Assembly (NCBI GenBank): GCA_001792305.1
Contig: MGGH01000023.1
Location: 34,347-98,346, forward strand
DNA from: Candidatus Woesebacteria bacterium RIFCSPHIGHO2_01_FULL_39_23
GTDB taxonomy: Bacteria > Patescibacteriota > Microgenomatia > UBA8517
DNA: 64,000 nt
Direction: 5' to 3'
In this document: piece after piece, positions 58,419 to 64,000 of the stretch
Layout of the letters: each line of letters starts with the position of its first letter
Numbering within the stretch: position 1 is the first letter of the stretch
Made by a program: the position numbers and the translations under genes
Notes under the pieces: model-generated
What the model saw: the letters and a program-made list of their open reading frames with translations, nothing else
Database searches by the model: none
What the model was told of the DNA's origin: nothing

Positions 58419-59249
58419 ATGAGTAGTGAACCTGGAGTCGGAGAGTTTTCTCTAACTGTTGACACGAAATTCAGGTTTAAGAATGGTGAACCATTAGAAA
58501 CTAAATCAGGACCTCTTTCGAATTTATTTGCTGAAATTACACAAAGAGCTCTTGAAGTTTTAGAAGTAAAGTCTGTTGTTTTAGTAGCCGGACCTTCGGG
58601 GATAGGTAAAACAGAGTTGTTTTTGGGTAATTTAGGAATAGGTGCTTCTCCAATTGAAGCAGGAGGGATTGCAACAGCATTATCGAGAAAAGGAGTTACT
58701 TGGTGGTACGAAAATTTGCAAACGAGAGATGAATATCTTCAATGCGCTGCGTTTGGTAGACCTGTGGATAGTGAAGGTGAAGAGATAATTAGAAATATTA
58801 GACGAGCACAAATTTTACTTTTGGACGAAGGTGGATTGTTGGCAGTTAGTGAGGAGCTGTCGGCTGCGGTTGTAAAATTTGTTGGTGATGGTAAAAAGTT
58901 TGTTATTGTAGGTGGAAGTACGGCGTCTTCAAGTGAACAACTGGATGCTATGAGTCAATCATTGGTTGGAGTTGGATTGGAGATTGGTGAGGATCAAAGA
59001 ATTAAACTTGTTCCGAACCTTTTGACTCCCAGTCAGGCTGAAGAATTACTGATGGCCAGGGGAGGAAGAATGAATCAAGAAGCCGCTCGAGCAATAGTGC
59101 AAAGGTATGGGGAGTTGGGAGTGCCATTAATGTTTAGAACTGTATGGTATGCACAATATCTGTTACCGGACATGTCTATACAGCACGCAGTAAAACTTAT
59201 TGACAAATATAGTCTACTTGAAGTGGTTAGACACGTAGAAAAGATTTAA
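58419..59249 (+). CDS. Hypothetical P-loop NTPase
   Basis: Walker A GPSGIGKT, Walker B LLLDE. Confidence 0.7.
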   Translation: MSSEPGVGEFSLTVDTKFRFKNGEPLETKSGPLSNLFAEITQRALEVLEVKSVVLVAGPSGIGKTELFLGNLGIGASPIEAGGIATALSRKGVTWWYENLQTRDEYLQCAAFGRPVDSEGEEIIRNIRRAQILLLDEGGLLAVSEELSAAVVKFVGDGKKFVIVGGSTASSSEQLDAMSQSLVGVGLEIGEDQRIKLVPNLLTPSQAEELLMARGGRMNQEAARAIVQRYGELGVPLMFRTVWYAQYLLPDMSIQHAVKLIDKYSLLEVVRHVEKI

Positions 59250-59273
59250 ATTTAAAGCTATAATTGCTTCACA

Positions 59274-61031
59274 ATGACTTCAAACGAAGTTCGGAAAAAA
59301 TATATTGATTTTTTTGTAAAAAGGGGGCATGTAGAGATTCCACCAGCGCCCTTGGTTTTGGAAAATGATCCAACCACACTTTTCACCTCAAGTGGTATGC
59401 AACCATTGGTCCCGTATCTTATGGGCGAGCCTCATCCAAAAGGGAAAAGATTAGTAAATTCCCAACCTTCGATTCGAGTGCAGGATATTGAAGAAGTCGG
59501 TGACAATCGGCACATGACATTTTTCGAGATGTTAGGTAATTGGAGCTTGGGTGATTATTTCAAAGCCGAGCAATTGCCTTGGATCTGGGAATTTTTAACC
59601 AAAGAATTAGTTCTTCCCAAAGATCGGCTTTGGGTGAGCATCTTTGAGGGGTCAAAGGAAGTTCCGCGCGACGAAGAATCTGCGAATATCTGGAAAAAAC
59701 TTGGTGTTCCAGAGAGTAAGATATTTTATTATCCCGCAGAGAAAAATTGGTGGAGCAGGTCAGGAACACCAGAAGAAATGCCGACAGGCGAAATCGGTGG
59801 TCCCGATTCGGAGGTGTTTTATGAATTTGCGCAGGTAAAGCATGATCTGAGATTCGGCGACAAGTGCCACCCAAATTGTGACTGCGGAAGGTTTTTGGAG
59901 ATAGCTAACTCCGTCTTTATTCAATACAGAAAAGGTAAAGATGGAAAGCTTGAGGATTTGCCCCAAAAAAATGTTGATTTTGGCGGAGGGTTGGAGAGAA
60001 TAGTTACTGCAGTTAATAATGATCCGGACAATTTTAATATCGATCTGTTTCAAGGTTTTATCAAAGAGGTTGAGAAGGTAAGTGATATACCCTATGGTAA
60101 AAATCCCGGCGGTGACAGAAGCTATAGAATTGTAGCAGATCACCTACGAGCTTCAGTGATGTTAATATCAAGTGGTGTTTTACCGTCAAACAAAGGTCAG
60201 GGATACGTTTTAAGAAGGTTAGTTAGAAGATGTGTTTTTCACATTTCAAAAATAAAGGGATCTACAAAGCTGCCAGTGATTCGAAATTTAGATAAGTTTG
60301 AATACCCCTTGAAGCTGAAAAGCTGGTCAGAGATATCAAGTGTTATTGATGACGAAGCAAATAAATTTTCGAAAACAATAGACAGAGGGTTAAGGTTAGT
60401 TGGTAAAATAAGTCCGTTTGGTTTGTTCCAGACTTATGGTTTTCCACTTGAATTAATAGAGGAAGCTTTAGCTGAAAAGGGACAAAAAGTTGATAAAAAC
60501 GTATTCAAAAAAGAATTTGAGAAGCATCAAGAAAGGTCAAGAACCGCCTCGAAAGGGATGTTTAAAGGCGGGCTTGGGGGACATTCGGAAACCGAAATTA
60601 AATATCACACGGCGACTCATCTTTTACACCAAGCTCTTCGAAACGTTTTGGGAGAGCACATTCATCAAGCAGGAAGTAATATTACAGCCGAAAGGCTGCG
60701 GTTCGATTTTACTCACCCCTCTAAATTGACAGACGAAGAAATAGAAAAAGTTGAGGGTGAAATAAATAAGAAAATAGACGAAAATTTGAAAGTAACTCGG
60801 GAAAAAATGCCGAAAGAAAAAGCATTAAAAGAAGGTGCTTTGGCCTTTTTTCCGGAAAGATATCCAGATATAACCTCTGTGTATACAATTGGCCCTTTGG
60901 ATAATTCGTACAGCAAAGAACTATGTGGTGGGCCGCATGTCGCCTACACCAGGGAGTTGGGTCGTGTTAAGATAGAGAGGCAAGAATCTGTTGCTCAAGG
61001 GGTGCGCCGGATTTATGCAGTATTAGAATAA
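59274..61031 (+). CDS. alaS: Alanyl-tRNA synthetase (short form, no C-Ala domain)
   Basis: LFTSSGMQP, HMTFFEMLGN, GGGLER, HTATHLLH, ELCGGPH. Confidence 0.96.
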   Translation: MTSNEVRKKYIDFFVKRGHVEIPPAPLVLENDPTTLFTSSGMQPLVPYLMGEPHPKGKRLVNSQPSIRVQDIEEVGDNRHMTFFEMLGNWSLGDYFKAEQLPWIWEFLTKELVLPKDRLWVSIFEGSKEVPRDEESANIWKKLGVPESKIFYYPAEKNWWSRSGTPEEMPTGEIGGPDSEVFYEFAQVKHDLRFGDKCHPNCDCGRFLEIANSVFIQYRKGKDGKLEDLPQKNVDFGGGLERIVTAVNNDPDNFNIDLFQGFIKEVEKVSDIPYGKNPGGDRSYRIVADHLRASVMLISSGVLPSNKGQGYVLRRLVRRCVFHISKIKGSTKLPVIRNLDKFEYPLKLKSWSEISSVIDDEANKFSKTIDRGLRLVGKISPFGLFQTYGFPLELIEEALAEKGQKVDKNVFKKEFEKHQERSRTASKGMFKGGLGGHSETEIKYHTATHLLHQALRNVLGEHIHQAGSNITAERLRFDFTHPSKLTDEEIEKVEGEINKKIDENLKVTREKMPKEKALKEGALAFFPERYPDITSVYTIGPLDNSYSKELCGGPHVAYTRELGRVKIERQESVAQGVRRIYAVLE

Positions 61032-61041
61032 AAACCTGTCC

Positions 61042-63213
61042 ATGACTTTGATTAAGTTTGGTTTAGATAGTAAAAACCAAGAGTATTATTGGACCCTGAT
61101 CATTGAAGAGGGCTGGGTTCAAAGTGCCATTTGGAAAATAAACGAGGAAAAAGAAGAGTCTGTTGTAGTTGCAACAAGCTCTCCAGTGCGATGGGAAAAC
61201 GATGAAAATCTGATTGAAACCTCGGACACTTCACTTTCGGCAACGATTCAAAATTTGCCTGAAGGCGTACCTGAACCTTCAAAGACTGTATTTGGCGTTC
61301 CTTCGTCGTGGGTAACTGAAGGTCAAATTAGCCCGGGATACTTGGAGAAAATAAGGCACATCTGCTCAAAACTGTCGTTGGAACCGACCGGTTTTGTAGT
61401 TCTTTCTGAAGCTATAGCGTTTTTAGTTAAGACAAAAGAAGAGTCGTCGTTAAACGCTGTTGTTATAGGTTTGTCAGCGAACCACTTAGAGTTGAGCGTT
61501 TTTAAATTCGGTAAACTTGTCGGTAGCACTAAAGTAGCCCGAAGTGTGTCTTTATTTGATGATACGGTAGAAGGCCTTTCAAGATTTGCCGATGGAAGTC
61601 CAATACCATCTCGCTTCTTGATTTACGACGGGAAAGAAGGAGAGCTCGATGAAGCTAAAGAGGCACTCGTTTCTGCTGATTGGTTGGATGGCTTACCTGA
61701 AAATATCAAATTTGTACACTCTCCAAAGGTAGAAACAATTGATCCTAATGATAAGGTTTTAGCAGTGTCCCTTGCCGGGTCATCCGAAATAGGAAAAGTA
61801 AAAAGTGTGGTAATGGGCGCAAAAAGCGAATTTAATGACGAAGAAAAGGATGGTGAAAAAGTAAAAGTTGTGGAAGTTGTAAGTAACATTAAGGAGCCTG
61901 AAGATGAAGTAAGTCCAGAGGAATTTGGATTTGTACGGGACGGTGATGTAAGTGCGAATGTAGACGAAGAAAGGATTAAGGTTTTTGAAAAAAATAAGGC
62001 CTCGATTGTTTCCAGACTTATCGGTTTAAAAGATTTGCTTTCGTTACCTGGGTTTAAGATCAACGCACCAGGTTCGAGAGGAAAAAAGACTTTGGTTTTT
62101 GGTTTTTCTGCATTTTTTGTGATTGTTTTAACCTTTTTGGTTGTTTGGTGGTTTCTTCCCAAAGCTACAGTTAATATATTTATTTCACCCCGCATCTTGC
62201 AGGAAAAAGACACGATTTCAGTTGACATAAATGCAGTGAAAAGCGACCTTGATGCAAAAGTTATTCCTGGTAATGTTAAAAAGGTAAATGTAGACGCTAG
62301 TAAAACGAAATCAACAACTGGCACAAAGGTGATAGGAGACAAAGCAAAAGGAGTAGTAAAACTTCGAAATGGCACGCCTACAGACGTCAGTTTTTCAGCA
62401 GGGACTGTATTGGAAGGGTCCAATGGTCTCAAATTTAGTCTAGATGAATCTGTATCTGTTTCAGCTGCAATTTCCCCTACCTCTCCAGGTAATTCTAGTG
62501 TACCAGTAACTGCCGAAGCTATTGGTTCCGAATATAACTTGGCTAAAGATGAGACTTTTAAAGTAAGCAATTATCCTAAAAGCGAAATTGACGCTATTTC
62601 CGAATCTGATTTCTCAGGTGGAACCAGCCGTGAGATAGCAGCGGTATCTGAGAAAGATGTCAATATTCTTAAAGAAGAGTTGACAGAAGAGTTGAAAAAT
62701 GAGGCGGAAGAGAAAATTAAAAGTATCCTTTTGGCTAACGAAATATTTATCGAGGGAGCAGTTACGTCAAATGTTTTAAAGAGCGATTTTAGCAATAAAG
62801 TTGGAGACGAAGCTTCTACTTTGGAACTTTCCTTGTCTTTGGAGTTTGGTGGTTTGGTTGTTGATGAATTAGAGTTGGATAACCTTGCCTCAAAACTTCT
62901 GGAAGATGAAACCCCACAAGGATTTTTATATAGGAGAGAACAAATAGATAAAACTTTTAAACTCGAAAGTCAAAAAGACAGTATTTATCAAATTACTGTG
63001 AGTTTTGTTGCCAATCTATTGCCGGATTTAGATATCGACGATATAACGTCCAAAATTGTCGGGAAAACACCGAGTGTCGCAAGTGAATTTCTTCAAACTA
63101 TTCCCGGTTTCAAAAGGGCAGAGATACATATAACCCCCAGATTTCCTGGTAAACTTGGTACTTTACCTAAAGTCAAAAATAATATATCTATAGAAGTCTC
63201 AGCGGTAAAATAG
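61042..63213 (+). CDS. Bitopic protein: FtsA/PilM-like N-region plus baseplate-J-like C-region
   Basis: TVFGVPSSWV N-region; TM then LPKATV; AKGVV..RNGT...GTVL...VTAEAIGSEYN...FSGG. Confidence 0.65.
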   Translation: MTLIKFGLDSKNQEYYWTLIIEEGWVQSAIWKINEEKEESVVVATSSPVRWENDENLIETSDTSLSATIQNLPEGVPEPSKTVFGVPSSWVTEGQISPGYLEKIRHICSKLSLEPTGFVVLSEAIAFLVKTKEESSLNAVVIGLSANHLELSVFKFGKLVGSTKVARSVSLFDDTVEGLSRFADGSPIPSRFLIYDGKEGELDEAKEALVSADWLDGLPENIKFVHSPKVETIDPNDKVLAVSLAGSSEIGKVKSVVMGAKSEFNDEEKDGEKVKVVEVVSNIKEPEDEVSPEEFGFVRDGDVSANVDEERIKVFEKNKASIVSRLIGLKDLLSLPGFKINAPGSRGKKTLVFGFSAFFVIVLTFLVVWWFLPKATVNIFISPRILQEKDTISVDINAVKSDLDAKVIPGNVKKVNVDASKTKSTTGTKVIGDKAKGVVKLRNGTPTDVSFSAGTVLEGSNGLKFSLDESVSVSAAISPTSPGNSSVPVTAEAIGSEYNLAKDETFKVSNYPKSEIDAISESDFSGGTSREIAAVSEKDVNILKEELTEELKNEAEEKIKSILLANEIFIEGAVTSNVLKSDFSNKVGDEASTLELSLSLEFGGLVVDELELDNLASKLLEDETPQGFLYRREQIDKTFKLESQKDSIYQITVSFVANLLPDLDIDDITSKIVGKTPSVASEFLQTIPGFKRAEIHITPRFPGKLGTLPKVKNNISIEVSAVK

Positions 63214-63216
63214 AAA

Positions 63217-63906
63217 ATGCGTAAAACACTCTCGAGGATTACATCTTTCGTAATGGGTATTGTAGGGATTTTTATTCTAACTTCCACGCTATTTCCTATT
63301 CTTTCTTATGAATTTTCCTCGTTGGATTCTTTTTCCAACTACCTGTCACCAGTGCCAGAAAAGGACCTAACCGTAATTGAAAAAAGTGGCGATGACCTGA
63401 CTCTTGCTAGTAACTGGTTTGAAGGAGGAGCTAAAAAGGAAGATTTTACTAAGTTGGGCAACATTGACTATTATACATTGTCAATTCCCAAGTTTAAAAT
63501 CGAAAATGCCAAGGTATCGGTTGGAGGAGAGGACTTATCGGAGAATCTCATTCAATACCCAGGCACCGCCTTGCCTGGGAGAATGGGTAATACCGTCATT
63601 TTTGGCCATTCTATCTTACCGCAATTTTTCAACCCTAAAAACTATTTGTCGATCTTTTCTCGCTTGCCAGAGTTAAAAAAGAATGACGAGATAGAGATTT
63701 ATTATGACGGAATATCATATCTTTACAGGGTTGTTGACTTGGTTGAGGTTTACCCAGATGACATTGAAGTACTGGAGCAGCGATGGGGAGATTCTTATTT
63801 AAGCCTTGTTACTTGTGTCCCGCCTGGAGATCCCAGAAAGCCAAGAAGGTTAGTGGTTCGGGCAAAAATTGTCCCACCAGGCGAGGAAACTTTAAGCAAA
63901 ATTTAA
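63217..63906 (+). CDS. Sortase
   Basis: LSIPK, GNTVIFGHS, LSLVTCVPPG...RRLVV (His-Cys-Arg triad). Confidence 0.92.
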   Translation: MRKTLSRITSFVMGIVGIFILTSTLFPILSYEFSSLDSFSNYLSPVPEKDLTVIEKSGDDLTLASNWFEGGAKKEDFTKLGNIDYYTLSIPKFKIENAKVSVGGEDLSENLIQYPGTALPGRMGNTVIFGHSILPQFFNPKNYLSIFSRLPELKKNDEIEIYYDGISYLYRVVDLVEVYPDDIEVLEQRWGDSYLSLVTCVPPGDPRKPRRLVVRAKIVPPGEETLSKI

Positions 63907-64000
63907 ATGAAGCTTCTAGGAGTTGACTTTGGACGCAAAAAAATCGGGATTGCCTTTTCAGAGACGAAAATTGCAAAGCCATTGGTTGTCTTGAAAGGCG
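63907..64000 (+). CDS. ruvX: RuvX/YqgF resolvase-like protein, partial
   Basis: MKLLGVDFGRKKIGIAFSE. Confidence 0.88.
   Translation, partial: MKLLGVDFGRKKIGIAFSETKIAKPLVVLKG

Noticed and set aside
61623-62570. 315-aa antisense ORF and many other opposite-strand ORFs in the track (e.g. 48016..48603, 14195..14779, 55205..55744)
   Set aside because: They shadow well-supported genes and show no recognisable motifs.
1-64000. CRISPR array, tRNA/rRNA, integrase, transposase or reverse transcriptase
   Set aside because: No regularly spaced repeats, RNA-gene signatures or catalytic motifs seen by eye; a covariance search could still find small RNAs.
1-64000. Alternative genetic code (TGA = Gly, as in Gracilibacteria)
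   Set aside because: TGA ends conserved genes at expected positions (ALDH, murJ, hrcA), often in ATGA overlaps.

Overview
Low-GC, gene-dense bacterial chromosome segment using genetic code 11. Gene content and style point to Patescibacteria/CPR, probably Microgenomates (inference): compact genes, short IF2 and AlaRS, protease-less Lon, GT-C cluster, sortase, PilN/PilO. Housekeeping genes: metG (partial), rmuC, two UvrD/PcrA helicases, two FemABX genes, LCP, four GT-C transferases, rpsT, murJ, hrcA-grpE-dnaK-dnaJ with CIRCE, nusA-infB, rpsO-pnp, rnj, ftsK, alaS, sortase and ruvX (partial). I saw no rRNA, tRNA, CRISPR array, integrase or transposase. The notable signals lie below gene level. 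(1) Several families of 18-51 nt imperfect palindromes and 7/8-mer tandem repeats sit in frame inside core genes (uvrD, dnaK, infB, femX) and in promoters; one family shows compensatory stem changes. (2) Passenger modules (GT2+GH26; DUF5678-like protein + retropepsin) lie between an intact gene and a displaced, diverged copy of that gene's end. (3) Many genes have leaderless-type promoters, and pcrA has no canonical start codon. (4) Several orphan proteins share a Gly/acidic N-terminus, one with a CheD-like deamidase motif. All family calls come from recognising motifs by eye; no searches were run.
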